Below are positions 8,408 through 18,017 of a DNA stretch of 27,465 nt, piece after piece. The stretch is from positions 1-27,465 of IMG/VR virus record IMGVR_UViG_3300035002_000023. One strand, written 5' to 3'. The DNA is from a virus (Duplodnaviria; Caudoviricetes). Positions within the stretch are counted from its first letter, which is position 1. Each line of letters begins with the position of its first letter. The notes beneath the pieces are model-generated. The model searched no databases. It saw only the letters and a list, made by a program, of their open reading frames with translations, and had not been told where the DNA came from. The translations under genes were made by a program, and so were the position numbers.

Positions 8408-10488
8408 TGGCTGGCCCTTGGGAGAACTACGGGCCCCACGTCGCAGAGCCCGCGGTGCCGCCGGTGGGACTGAAACCTGGCACGCAGGGCTATCTCGATT
8501 GGGCGATCGAACAGTCGAAGGCGGGCAGGAGCCTTCCGACGCTGTCACTAGAGGAGATGTTGCCTGAAAACGTAACACTCGTGCCAGGGTGGGAGACCCC
8601 GGGTGCCGGCGAACCGCTCAACGTTGGACCGGCGTCTATTCCGCCGGGCATCCCGGATATGATCCGCTCGCTCTATCCTTTCGAGCGGAACGTCAAGACC
8701 GGCGAGTATAGGCCAGCCGTGCCGAAGATAATCCCTGGAATGATCGAGGGGGCCGTTGACGCAGTTACGCTACCCCGTGACATAGCAGACGGGTACGGCG
8801 ATCTCGGCGCGCCTTATTCCTATTCGCCCGAGCTCGCAGCCCGCGTCTTCAACCTCGCAACGTTTGGGGTCACAGGCCCCATGCCGAAGCTCGGTCCCGG
8901 TCGGCTACCCCGGCTTGGTCAAGAGATTGCGACCAAGGAAGCCGAGAGCTTCGGTATCCCCCTGACATCCGGGCAAGCATCAGGCGACCTGAACCAGTTG
9001 CGGTCGGAGCAACTGCTGCGGCAATCCGACCATTCGCAGCCTCTGATGCGGACATTCGACGATCGCCAGGCTGATGCGATCGGCACCGCGACAGGCACAA
9101 TAGGCAAGGAGTTTGGTGGCTCGGCCGACGATCTGGCCAGCACGGTCACCACCGGCTTGCAGAACAAGACCAAGTTGGCGAAAGAAGGTGCCAATACCTT
9201 CTTTGACGTCGCCCAGGATGGCAAGCTTAAGGTTCGATCTGCCGCGGTGAAAGCGCTGCCGGGCTTCGTCAGGCAACGTCTCGCCGGCGTGGTGATGGAC
9301 GATAATCTGACACGCGCGGCTGTTATCGCGTTGAAGGAGGTCGACGATGCCAGCCTCGCTGCCGGCCGTCGCCCCCTGTCGTGGAAGGCGCTCGATGATG
9401 TCCGGAGGACGCTGGCCGGCCTCACGGGGACTGGCCCCGAGGACATCGCCGCCACTCGCACCGTGAAGCAGGCTTTCGACGACTGGCTGGACGACGCAGT
9501 CGACCAGCAACTGTTCAGCGGCGACGAGGCGGCGCTGGAGGCGCTCAAGGCCGCCAGGTCGGAGACACACCAGTATCAAAGCTTCACCAAACCGAAGGAG
9601 GGTGATGCCGCCGGGGCAACCATCGCCAAGATACAACAAGGCGACGCTACGGCCGAACAGGTCGCAAACTGGCTCTACGGCGCGGATGTCGTGTCACCGA
9701 GCCTCGCTGCGACCGACGTGGCCAGACGCCTGAAGGGGGTATTCGGGCCTTCGAGCGAGGAATGGAAAGCCATTCGCGCCGCGGCCTGGAACAAGCTGGT
9801 TCGTGACCCCGCGACCGGCGAAGCGAGAGCTCCGGCGGTACTAACGAAGCGCCTCGACGACTTCCTCGCGAACAAGGACTCTTCATTGGCGAGCACCCTG
9901 TTCAGCGAGGAGGAGCGCAACCGGATGAAGGCACTTTCGGCGGTGTTGAAACGAACAGTTCTGCCGCTGGAAGCGCGGAACCCTTCTCGCTCGTTTTTTG
10001 GGCTTGGCGATACGGTCAAAGATGTGGCGGCGTCCGTCATCAGCGGCGTCGTCGGAGCCAAGCTCGGGGGAGAGATACCAGGTATTGCGCCAGAGCTGCC
10101 GGGAATATTAGCCGCGGCAGCGGTGCCGATCTTTAGTAGGGTCACTCGCGAGGCGGAGGCACGAGCAGCGATCGCCAACAAACTGCCCCCCAAGTCGGTG
10201 TCGGACGCCCTGCTTTATGCCCCTAGCCTTGCAGCCAGAGTCGCTGCAATTACAGCTGAGCGCGAAAATGACATGGATCTTCGCGGACTCGCGCAGCAGA
10301 TGGTGCGAGACGTGGTGCAACCCCAGGTCGGCAACGATCTCACCAGGGCGCTAGGCTCTATCGGGGTAAGGTACGATCCGCGTGCCCCTTCGGAAGTTGA
10401 TCGCGCGATACGTCCTCAGCCGTTCCTTGCTCCTTGGATGCGCCTAACTCCGCCGGAACCTGATCCCTTGTTTCAGTTGCATGCTTGA
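8407..10488 (+). CDS. Large ejection/DNA-transfer protein, module A (693 aa; P22 gp16 position)
   Basis: Starts MAGPWENY at a TAATG overlap; GIPLTSGQASGD motif, helical Ala-rich body, hydrophobic Gly-rich C-terminal segment; distant paralog of 14971..16740. Confidence 0.75.
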   Translation: MAGPWENYGPHVAEPAVPPVGLKPGTQGYLDWAIEQSKAGRSLPTLSLEEMLPENVTLVPGWETPGAGEPLNVGPASIPPGIPDMIRSLYPFERNVKTGEYRPAVPKIIPGMIEGAVDAVTLPRDIADGYGDLGAPYSYSPELAARVFNLATFGVTGPMPKLGPGRLPRLGQEIATKEAESFGIPLTSGQASGDLNQLRSEQLLRQSDHSQPLMRTFDDRQADAIGTATGTIGKEFGGSADDLASTVTTGLQNKTKLAKEGANTFFDVAQDGKLKVRSAAVKALPGFVRQRLAGVVMDDNLTRAAVIALKEVDDASLAAGRRPLSWKALDDVRRTLAGLTGTGPEDIAATRTVKQAFDDWLDDAVDQQLFSGDEAALEALKAARSETHQYQSFTKPKEGDAAGATIAKIQQGDATAEQVANWLYGADVVSPSLAATDVARRLKGVFGPSSEEWKAIRAAAWNKLVRDPATGEARAPAVLTKRLDDFLANKDSSLASTLFSEEERNRMKALSAVLKRTVLPLEARNPSRSFFGLGDTVKDVAASVISGVVGAKLGGEIPGIAPELPGILAAAAVPIFSRVTREAEARAAIANKLPPKSVSDALLYAPSLAARVAAITAERENDMDLRGLAQQMVRDVVQPQVGNDLTRALGSIGVRYDPRAPSEVDRAIRPQPFLAPWMRLTPPEPDPLFQLHA

Positions 10489-10720
10489 TGCGGGTTCCGT
10501 CCAGGGCTTCGTGCAGGACGATCAGGGCGATACCAGGGGCCAGCACCAAGCCCCAGAAAACCCACAGCGAGACGGGTGGGAAGAATGACAGCACTCCTGC
10601 CGCCAGGAACGGGGCCAGGATGCCGAGCGGAACCGCGAGCTTCACCAGCCAACCCATGTCACGCAAGCGATAGGTGGCCTTACGGCGATACTGGTGTGGT
10701 TCAAGGTCTAGTTCCGGCAT
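10358..10720 (-). CDS. Small membrane protein, antisense (MPELDLEPHQY...)
   Basis: Two hydrophobic segments (LVKLAVPLGILAPFLAAGVLSFF; LWVFWGLVLAPGIALIVL); its 3' end overlaps the convergent ejection gene. Confidence 0.6.
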   Translation of the reverse strand: MPELDLEPHQYRRKATYRLRDMGWLVKLAVPLGILAPFLAAGVLSFFPPVSLWVFWGLVLAPGIALIVLHEALDGTRIKHATETRDQVPAELGASKEQGTAEDVSRDQLPKGHADRTLPR

Positions 10721-10879
10721 CAGAGAACCCCGAATAAGCGAACGAAACACTAGACGAATATGGCCAACGGAATGGAACCCTTTATCACACCCATCAGATT
10801 GCAGTGACACGCACTGAACCTGCCCGCTCGTGCGCGTCGCCAAGGCACTCCAGCGGCCAGGCATTACCATGGATGCCCG

Positions 10880-11089
10880 TCATAAGGTGATGCGAGGGCG
10901 CCGGGCGAATACGAACCCAATGATCACGCCGGTAACGGTAAAGAACCCTGCCGCTGTCCAGTTGTAGCCCGTGGCCTCCAAGCCCCTGTAAAACCCAACA
11001 GCGCAAATCACGACGCCAAAAGCGGCCACGATCAACGGTATCTGGTCGCGTCTTTGAGACTCGTTCGGCTTTTGTTCCAAATTGGACAT
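10880..11089 (-). CDS. Small two-TM membrane protein, antisense (69 aa)
   Basis: MSNLEQKPNESQRRDQ, then IPLIVAAFGVVICAVGFY and WTAAGFFTVTGVIIGFVF, with a basic C-terminal tail. Confidence 0.6.
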   Translation of the reverse strand: MSNLEQKPNESQRRDQIPLIVAAFGVVICAVGFYRGLEATGYNWTAAGFFTVTGVIIGFVFARRPRITL

Positions 11090-11270
11090 CGCAACTGCCA
11101 AGCTTGATTGCCACTACGGCCACCTTATCACAGATATCGCCGCATCACCGGTCGTACAAGCGATCCGCCAATGCCATTGGGCCGTAACGGCCGAGCCGGC
11201 TCATCGGGGACAGCGTTCCGGCTCTCAATCCGCTGATGACCCGTCCCCGGCATCAGCTGCCCCCTGGCGA

Positions 11271-11438
11271 CTAACCGCGAAAGAACAAACTCAGCGCAAA
11301 CAGGATCAGACGCAAGGCCGAGGTAAGCACGACCGCAATGGCAAGGCCGACGACCAACCCGACTGCGACACTCATTGCGAGCGGATCGGTGATCCCGACC
11401 CATTCGAACAACGCCTGAATCCACTCCTCGACCTTCAA
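11271..11438 (-). CDS. TDPLA membrane peptide, copy 1 (55 aa)
   Basis: GGGAG RBS, TTG start; KVEEWIQALFEWVGITDPLAMSVAVGLVVG...; paralogs at 11530 and 18770. Confidence 0.7.
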   Translation of the reverse strand: MKVEEWIQALFEWVGITDPLAMSVAVGLVVGLAIAVVLTSALRLILFALSLFFRG

Positions 11439-11529
11439 CTCAAAGCTCCCGTCGCTCCTGCGCAGGACGATAGGGCTGCGCCTTTTGGGCTGCAACGCCT
11501 CCCTCGCTCCAGTGAGCTAGTCGCTGAAC

Positions 11530-11703
11530 CTAGCGGCGAAAGCCGACCGCGGAGCTAACGACGAACAGAATCAGGCGCACGACCACAGTGAGCACCATCG
11601 CCAAGGCGACGCCGACCACGACCCCGACTCCGACACTTACGGCGAGCGGATCGGTGATCCCGATCCATGCGAACACGGCCTGAATCCACTCCTGTACCTT
11701 CAA
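11530..11703 (-). CDS. TDPLA membrane peptide, copy 2 (57 aa)
   Basis: GGGAG RBS, TTG start; KVQEWIQAVFAWIGITDPLAVSVGVGVVVG... Confidence 0.7.
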   Translation of the reverse strand: MKVQEWIQAVFAWIGITDPLAVSVGVGVVVGVALAMVLTVVVRLILFVVSSAVGFRR

Positions 11704-11777
11704 CTGTGCGAGCTCCCATCGCTGCTGCCTCGCGACGATATGGCGGCGCCCTCCGCGCGGCAATGCTCCTGCCAGCC

Positions 11778-11952
11778 CCATCCCCTCCCGCGGGAGAGTC
11801 CCCCCAGGCAGCCATCTGGTCCGGCTTGCACGTGCCGAATTTCGGCATCGGCGATAGCTCGCATCGCTATGACACCCCACCTCGGCGCTGTGGGCGACCA
11901 ATGTCGACGGCACGCTGAGCGCGGCACGCGACCAGTGGTTCTCGCCGATGCG
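11778..11952 (+). pseudogene. Decayed copy of the 5' end of tail-fibre gene 19143
   Basis: Aligns with 19117-19292 (GCAGCCATCTGG...AATTTCGGCATCGGCGA...GCTGAGCG...GCCGATGCG); start codon lost (CCCAGGCA vs CCCATGGCA); indels present. Confidence 0.85.
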
Positions 11953-12000
11953 GCCGACATCTCTCCGGCAACTTACTCAACACCAATCGAGTATTTCTGA
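11953..12000 (+). pseudogene. Remnant of the adaptor-gene 3' end (duplication junction)
   Basis: CTCTCCGGC...AATCGAGTATTTCTGA matches the end of 7430..7768 (IEYF-stop). Confidence 0.75.
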
Positions 12001-13418
12001 TGCCCCCGATCAGTTGGCCTACCGGCACTGCGCCGGGCGTGAACCCCACCGAAACCGGCGGCCGGCTGATCAATGCCATCGCCGAGCGGGCCCCCGCGGG
12101 CTCGCGCAGCGAGATCGTCTGGCGCCGCGTCGCCGGGCTGATCGCCCGCTTCACCACCACGCAGACCGCCATTCGCGGCGCGCTGCTGGTGGGCTCGGTG
12201 CTCTATGTCGTCTCCGGCAACCGGGTCTATTCGATCACCTCGAGCTATCTGGTGACCGAGCTCACCGGCACGGTGGGCGGCAGCGGCCCCGTCACCATGG
12301 CGCGCAACATGAAGGCGCCGGTGCCGGACGTGCTGATTGTCCACTCCGGCGGCATGTCGCAGATCAACATCTCCGGCGCCTCTGTCGCCGTGTTCAGCGA
12401 TGGCGACCTGCCCTCGGTCAATTCGATCTGTTGGATCGATGGCTACTTCGTCGTCACCGCCGAGAACGGGCTCGCCTACCAGTCGGGGCTCAACGACACG
12501 ACGTTCGCCTCGGTCGACCGCACCACCGCCGAGGCCGACCCCGACGGGCTCTATCGCGCCATCGCCTCGGGCAGCGACCTGATCCTGATGGGCACCGCTT
12601 CGCTCGAATTCTACGCCAATGCCGGCAACCCTACCGGCTTCGCCTTCAACCGCTCGGTGGTGGTGCCGATCGGGCTCAAGGCTCCCTATGCCGTCGCCGG
12701 GTTCGAGCCGGGCTTTGCCGATACGGTGATCTTCGTCGCCAACGACAACACGGTTCGCCGGCTGCAGGGCTATGACCCCACGCCGATTTCCGGGCCCGAC
12801 CTCAACCGGCTGATCGAGGCGGTGAGCAACCCCGCCGAGCTCGCCGCCTGGGTCTACCAGGCGGCCGGCCACGCCTATTGGGTGCTGAGCGGGCCGGGCT
12901 GGACCTGGGTCTACGACGTCTCGACCGGCAGCTGGCATGAGCGCCAGAGTTATGGGTTCCCCGATTGGCGCTGCCGCTATGGCGTTGCCGCCTGGAGCAA
13001 GTGGTTCACCTTCGACCTCGAGAGCGGCAAGGCGTTCGAGCTGAGCTCGGCGGCGCGACGCGATGGAGCGAACCCGCTGGTCTGGACGCTGCGCTCCAAC
13101 CAGGCGCACCGCTTCCCCGGCCGCGCCGTGATCCACAAAGCCAGCTTCGATTTCGAAACCGGCATCGGCATCGACGCCGGCATCTCGCCGATCGAAACCG
13201 AACCGGTGGTGCGGATCCGCTGGTCCGACGATGGCGGCCGCAACTGGGGGAACCCCTTGACCCGTAGGCTCGGCACCCAAGGCGAAGACGTGCCCATCGA
13301 CATCAACAATGCCGGGCTCACCGGCCGCAAGGGCCGGATCTGGGAGATGAGCATCTCCGACCCGATCGAGATCGCGTTTTTCGGCGGCGCCATGGATATC
13401 GAGGAGCGCGCCGCATGA
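12000..13418 (+). CDS. Tail hub / packaged-DNA stabilization protein (P22 gp10-like)
   Basis: 472 aa, beta-rich; motifs IDGYFV, TWVYDVSTGSWHER, IRWSDDGGRNW, RIWEMSISDP characteristic of this family; syntenic position. Confidence 0.88.
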   Translation: MPPISWPTGTAPGVNPTETGGRLINAIAERAPAGSRSEIVWRRVAGLIARFTTTQTAIRGALLVGSVLYVVSGNRVYSITSSYLVTELTGTVGGSGPVTMARNMKAPVPDVLIVHSGGMSQINISGASVAVFSDGDLPSVNSICWIDGYFVVTAENGLAYQSGLNDTTFASVDRTTAEADPDGLYRAIASGSDLILMGTASLEFYANAGNPTGFAFNRSVVVPIGLKAPYAVAGFEPGFADTVIFVANDNTVRRLQGYDPTPISGPDLNRLIEAVSNPAELAAWVYQAAGHAYWVLSGPGWTWVYDVSTGSWHERQSYGFPDWRCRYGVAAWSKWFTFDLESGKAFELSSAARRDGANPLVWTLRSNQAHRFPGRAVIHKASFDFETGIGIDAGISPIETEPVVRIRWSDDGGRNWGNPLTRRLGTQGEDVPIDINNAGLTGRKGRIWEMSISDPIEIAFFGGAMDIEERAA

Positions 13419-13792
13419 GCACGCCGGATAGCCTCAGGCCGATCCCGCATCCGAGCGCCCGGCTGGTCGAGGCCGACGGGGCGATTGCCAAACCCTGGTA
13501 CGACTGGCTGAACCAACTGGCGGGAAAACTTGCCGAGCTGACCCCGCTCGAAGCCAGCGCCACCTACGATCCCCCGCTGCTCGCCGATGGCGCCGGTGCC
13601 ACCACCGACGTGACGGTGCCTGGAGCGGCGCTGGGCGATTTCGCCACCGCGGCATTCTCGCTGGCCACGGCAGGCATCGTCATCACCGCCTGGGTGAGCG
13701 CCCCGAACACCGTTTCCGTCCGCTTCCAGAACGAAACCGGCACGCCGCTCGATTGTGGCAGCGGCAAGCTGACCGCCCGCGTTTACAGATAG
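13415..13792 (+). CDS. Tail needle-position protein (125 aa)
   Basis: ATGA overlap with the hub; N-terminal PWYDWL helix followed by a beta-sandwich (ATYDPPLLADG...VPGAALGDF...AWVSAPNTVSVRFQN) of a type seen at tail-protein C-termini. Confidence 0.65.
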   Translation: MSTPDSLRPIPHPSARLVEADGAIAKPWYDWLNQLAGKLAELTPLEASATYDPPLLADGAGATTDVTVPGAALGDFATAAFSLATAGIVITAWVSAPNTVSVRFQNETGTPLDCGSGKLTARVYR

Positions 13793-13801
13793 GAGCCTCA
13801 A

Positions 13802-14521
13802 ATGGCTGACATTTTCGAAACCATCGGCGACTGGCTGGGCCTCAACAAGGGCAAGGCCACGCAGAAGGCCGCCGAGCAGAACCGCGGCCTCATCGACCAG
13901 CTGGGCAAGACCGGCCGGCCGATCATCGAGGGGATCCAGGGGGTCACCGGCGATTACCTCGATCTCGGCAAGCTCGGCGCCGACCGCTATGCCGATGCCA
14001 TGGGGCTCAACGGCCCCGACGGCTACGCCCGGGCCGAAGCGGCGTTCCGCGCCGGGCCGGGCTACCAGTTCGCGCTCGACCAGGGGCTCGACGCGGTGGC
14101 CCGCAAGGGTTCGGCCATGGGCCGGCTCGATAGCGGCAATACCGATCTCGACCTCATGCGCTACGCCACCGGCTATGCCGACCAGGCCTGGGGCAACTGG
14201 ATGAACGGGCTCTCGGGCTACAACAACATGTACGGCGCCGGCGTTGACAAAGACGTCGCCGCCCGCGGCGGCAGCCTCGATTTCGAGAGCGGGCTTTCCT
14301 CCGCCTATATGGGCGCCAACAACCAGGTCGCCGCCGGCAAGGAAGCCGGCCAGGGCGCCATGCTCGATGCGCTCGGAACCATAGTCGGCATCGGCGGCCG
14401 GATAGCCGGCGGCGGCGCCTTCGGCGGCTATGGCGGCTTCGGGGGTGCGCAGGCGCCGCTCAACTATGGCGCTCCGCAATATACCGGCCAGCTCCGCCCC
14501 GGCTACCAGGCCGGCGTGTGA
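13802..14521 (+). CDS. Ejection protein, P22 gp7-like (239 aa)
   Basis: Gly/Ala-rich with a PGYQFALDQG motif and hydrophobic Gly-rich C-terminal segment; AGGAG RBS; syntenic position. Confidence 0.8.
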   Translation: MADIFETIGDWLGLNKGKATQKAAEQNRGLIDQLGKTGRPIIEGIQGVTGDYLDLGKLGADRYADAMGLNGPDGYARAEAAFRAGPGYQFALDQGLDAVARKGSAMGRLDSGNTDLDLMRYATGYADQAWGNWMNGLSGYNNMYGAGVDKDVAARGGSLDFESGLSSAYMGANNQVAAGKEAGQGAMLDALGTIVGIGGRIAGGGAFGGYGGFGGAQAPLNYGAPQYTGQLRPGYQAGV

Positions 14522-14556
14522 CCGGCTGTCCGCAACCTTCCGAGGAGGCCTGAAAC

Positions 14557-14853
14557 ATGGCGCTGACCTACCCCACCTACGTCGTCCCGCAACCCTCGCA
14601 GACCAAGCTCACCGACCTGCTCGACCTGTGGGACCGGGGCGTCGCGCAAGGCAAAGCCGACCGCTATGAGCGCGAGGCGCCGCAGCAATTCGCGAGCGCT
14701 GCAGCACCACTGTCGCAGTTCGGCCTGACGACGCCGCCCGATCAGTTACGCGCGCTGTTCGCTAACCCGGAGACGCGGCCGTTCGCCCTGCATATGGTGC
14801 AGGAGGCATCCGCCCGGCGCGCGGCTGCTGGCTATCAGCCGCAGCGACAGTGA
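14557..14853 (+). CDS. Short ejection/internal virion protein, module B (98 aa)
   Basis: GAGGAGG RBS; paralog of 7919..8407 over 91 aa, ending 7 aa later. Confidence 0.7.
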   Translation: MALTYPTYVVPQPSQTKLTDLLDLWDRGVAQGKADRYEREAPQQFASAAAPLSQFGLTTPPDQLRALFANPETRPFALHMVQEASARRAAAGYQPQRQ

Positions 14854-14970
14854 TCGCAGTCCGGCACGCGGGGACCTTCAGACAGAGTCACCCACTCCAT
14901 CGGCGCGTATTGCGCCAACGCTGGCGCGGCCGCCCGCTTTCTCCTCCACAACCATTAGCTACAAGGTGCA

Positions 14971-16740
14971 ATGATGGCTTGGGTACCGTTTGATCCGATG
15001 CAGCCCCCGACCCCTGTCACTGAGGATCCGCTGCTCGCGATCTATTTGGCGAGGACGCAGGGTGCCAACCCCAACCGCCCCGAGACCTATGGCGAGAGTC
15101 ATTTTGCGCAGAACATGTCCGGGCTTAACGAGGGTATCGGGTACTTGCTTGGAGGCCCGGTCGATCTCACTGCGGCTCTGCTGAACCTGGGTATCGGGGG
15201 TCTGAATATGGCGTTCCCGCCCGAACAAACGCTTGCCGACCAGATTGCAGGCAAGCACGTGGAGCCACGCTTCAAGCCGATCGTAGACCCGGTAGGCGGC
15301 TCGCAGATGATCAACCGCTTCATGGCCGATGTTGGCGCGATCACGCCAGAAACTAACGACCCCGGTAAGCAGTTCGGGCGTCGTGTCTTTCAGGAAGTCG
15401 GCGCCTCGCTCATCCCGACGATGGGTACGATGAGTCGCGCGGCACGCCCCCTTGCTGCTGCTGCCAAGGAATTTACCCTTGCGGGCGGTGCGGGCATTGG
15501 CGCCGCTACTGCGGATCAGTTAGCCCCGGACAATCCTTGGGCAGAGTTCATAGGGCAAATACTGGGAACTGTCTCCGCGCATGGCGCCACCAAGCTTGGC
15601 AGTAAGCTCATCACCCCATTTCCAGTTCAAGACCCTGCCCGGCTCGGCGCAATGGAAATGCTGCAACGCGAAGGTATCGACCTTTCCGCGGGGCAGCAAA
15701 CCGGGCACGTTGGGCTACAGAACATCGAAGGCGATTTGGCCGGTGCCGAGCTTGTCCGGCTCAGCAACAAGCAGATGGAGCAGTTCACCCAAGCCGTACT
15801 CAAGCGGATCGGCATTGGTGCCAACCGCGCGACCAAAGACGTGCTGAGTGCTGGTAATGAGCGCCTGGGTGCCGCATTTGGCGACATCGGCTCGCGCAAT
15901 GACATCCAGCTGGCAGACGGGAAACTCGGCAACGACCTACGCAAAAGCTACTATGGCTATGCCAAGAGTACCGCCGAAGCCAATCGCCTCCCGGCGATCG
16001 AGGACTTCATCGTCGAGGCCACCATGGCGATGAAACCGAAAGGTGGAGTCGACGTGCTCGATGGCAATGTCTACGCCAGCCTCAGGACCCGTGTTGGCCA
16101 GCTGGCCCGTGAGACGGCCGACCCAAAGCAAAACTCCGTGCTCATGGACATCCAGCGCGCCCTAGATGACGCAATGGAACGCAGTCTGTCCAAGGGGGAC
16201 GTTGACGCATTTCGGTGGGCTCGCGCCGCGGATCGCGACTTCACGATCATTCAGAAGGCGGCATTGCAAGACCCGTCCGGGCTAATCTCACCTACCGCGT
16301 TACAAAGTGCCGCAGTGGCCGGACAGGGCGATCTCGCAAAGCTCGCGGACAGCGGCACGATGTTGATGACACCACCGTCACCGGCCGGCTTAGCGCCCGG
16401 CACGCGGCAGCTACTCTCAGCGGGGCCAACCATCGCCGGCAGTTACATTGGCAACCAGATCGGCGACGTGAATGGGGCTGCGGTCGGAGCAGCGCTGGCG
16501 GGAGCTGCCGGTCCCTACGCTGCTGGTAGCGCAATCCTGTCGAATCCGGGGAGACGGTACCTGGCTAACCAAGTGCTCAATGGGCCACCATCGGGGTCTA
16601 ACGGCTTCGGACCGCTTGGCGCAATGCTCGCGGGGCAGACCGGCGAGATCAGCCCGTCGCGCGACCCGCTGGCGGAGTTGGGCGAGATAGTGGCCATTGG
16701 TCAGAGTGCCATTGGCGGCAAAAACTGGGGAGGGCTGTGA
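14971..16740 (+). CDS. Large ejection/DNA-transfer protein, module B (589 aa)
   Basis: GIDLSAGQQTG motif, YASLRTRVG, ALDDAMERS, C-terminal PYAAGSAILSNPGRRYLANQ; Gly/Ala-rich hydrophobic stretches; gp16 position. Confidence 0.78.
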   Translation: MMAWVPFDPMQPPTPVTEDPLLAIYLARTQGANPNRPETYGESHFAQNMSGLNEGIGYLLGGPVDLTAALLNLGIGGLNMAFPPEQTLADQIAGKHVEPRFKPIVDPVGGSQMINRFMADVGAITPETNDPGKQFGRRVFQEVGASLIPTMGTMSRAARPLAAAAKEFTLAGGAGIGAATADQLAPDNPWAEFIGQILGTVSAHGATKLGSKLITPFPVQDPARLGAMEMLQREGIDLSAGQQTGHVGLQNIEGDLAGAELVRLSNKQMEQFTQAVLKRIGIGANRATKDVLSAGNERLGAAFGDIGSRNDIQLADGKLGNDLRKSYYGYAKSTAEANRLPAIEDFIVEATMAMKPKGGVDVLDGNVYASLRTRVGQLARETADPKQNSVLMDIQRALDDAMERSLSKGDVDAFRWARAADRDFTIIQKAALQDPSGLISPTALQSAAVAGQGDLAKLADSGTMLMTPPSPAGLAPGTRQLLSAGPTIAGSYIGNQIGDVNGAAVGAALAGAAGPYAAGSAILSNPGRRYLANQVLNGPPSGSNGFGPLGAMLAGQTGEISPSRDPLAELGEIVAIGQSAIGGKNWGGL

Positions 16741-16842
16741 GCGACGGACCTCCTTGTTGCCGGGGATGGAGTTAGGGCAGCACGGGTCGCGCCAAACAAG
16801 AAGTACGCCATCACCCGCTTACCGAGCGCAACAGCACTCTAG

Positions 16843-16995
16843 TCAAAAGAACTTTATGTCAGGAAACCACAACTTGAAAGCTATGAAGACAAGCAAGGTA
16901 ACCATCATCGATGTACACCAGTAGATGCCCTGAAGTGTTGCCTGTATGCGGGCAAGCAAATCTGCAGATCTCTTTTGTTCATCCAATTCCGACAT
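16843..16995 (-). CDS. Small single-TM protein, antisense (50 aa)
   Basis: GGAGG RBS; MSELDEQKRSADLLARIQATLQGIYWCTSMMVTLLVFIAFKLWF... Confidence 0.6.
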   Translation of the reverse strand: MSELDEQKRSADLLARIQATLQGIYWCTSMMVTLLVFIAFKLWFPDIKFF

Positions 16996-17465
16996 CCCCC
17001 AACACCTCCAGCACTGGTTCACGGCCATCGCCGGCTACGCAAGCCAGCGTCTTGATCTGATTTCGAAGGTCGACGTGACACTGCTCACGGGCCGCCATCT
17101 CTTCGTTGTTGCGCTGCCTGTTCGTGTCGGACGATTCCATGCTCATCCCCTCATGACTTCGGCGCTACGTTAGGTCTGGGTCCTCGGGGCAGCAATAGCC
17201 CATCGACCGCCGCGGCTCGCATAAACGAGGCCGCAGTGGAACCCTGCGAAACTGCGAATGAGACGCGGGCCTGTCCGTGAGCCCCTTGCGCGCCGCCGCC
17301 AACGCTCCGCGTGCAAGTCACCTCACCCAACGGGGGAATCCGCTGCTCCCGCCATATGTCAACGATGGATTTTGCATTGACAGAGACCGCCGGAGCGCGT
17401 GCGGCCCACGATCACGTCCGACTTGCCTGGCGTCCTCATATCCCTTCGGCAATGTTGTCCAGTTT

Positions 17466-17861
17466 TCAGAGTACTGTGAAGAACCGGACAGCGCAGGCAA
17501 TGAGCACCACCACTGCTACCAGCGTCTTGAGTAAATCAAGCATCACTTCGCGAAACTCCTTCTCCTCACGCGGGCGCTCCTCCCTCAATGACTCGATGAA
17601 TTTCTCCTTATGATGCGGATCAATTAGGCTCCGCACCGCGAGCCTCGTCTTAGCCACCTCCTCCCGCAACTCGCGAATCTGAAAATCGTGACTGGTCCAT
17701 GCCACAATGATCATCGCGTACAGCACACCGGCGAGTGAGACGATCAGCACCTCGGTGCGGTTGGTCAACCGCCAGAGCACATACAAGGCGATACCAAGCG
17801 GTACTAAACTGATCGCGATCGCCCACAGATACGAGACCGCCAGGCTCAGCAAACGCCACAT
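17466..17861 (-). CDS. Three-TM membrane protein, antisense (131 aa)
   Basis: GGAGGAGAGAAGG RBS before ATG 17861; two N-terminal TMs, a charged helical linker and a C-terminal TM. Confidence 0.72.
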   Translation of the reverse strand: MWRLLSLAVSYLWAIAISLVPLGIALYVLWRLTNRTEVLIVSLAGVLYAMIIVAWTSHDFQIRELREEVAKTRLAVRSLIDPHHKEKFIESLREERPREEKEFREVMLDLLKTLVAVVVLIACAVRFFTVL

Positions 17862-18017
17862 AAACCTTCTCTCCTCCGAGTATTGGGGCAACGTAGTGGC
17901 GGAAATGATCATTGGGAAGCAGGCGCCCATCCCGAGCGCTGGCGAGATCAGCAACGGCGTGAACAAACGGCGCCTGCCGCGGAAGAACAGCTTTGGGAAG
18001 TTCAGAGTGCCCCACCC

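Noticed and set aside
7768-10488. 906-aa ORF as the primary gene model
   Set aside because: Its first 213 aa are a deletion scar plus an off-frame overlap of the conserved 7919..8407 gene; the MAGPW start at the TAATG overlap (8407) is better supported.
11778-11952. Diversity-generating retroelement template repeat for fibre gene 19143
   Set aside because: The copy covers the 5' end, mismatches are not adenine-specific, it contains indels, and no reverse transcriptase is in the window; a duplication remnant explains it.
11973-14479. Long minus-strand ORFs 11973..13280 and 12977..14479
   Set aside because: Shadow frames of the hub, needle and gp7-like genes.
16979-17146. Small antisense ORF MSMESSDTNRQ...
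   Set aside because: Has a purine-rich leader but no TM, motif or paralog; too weak to call.
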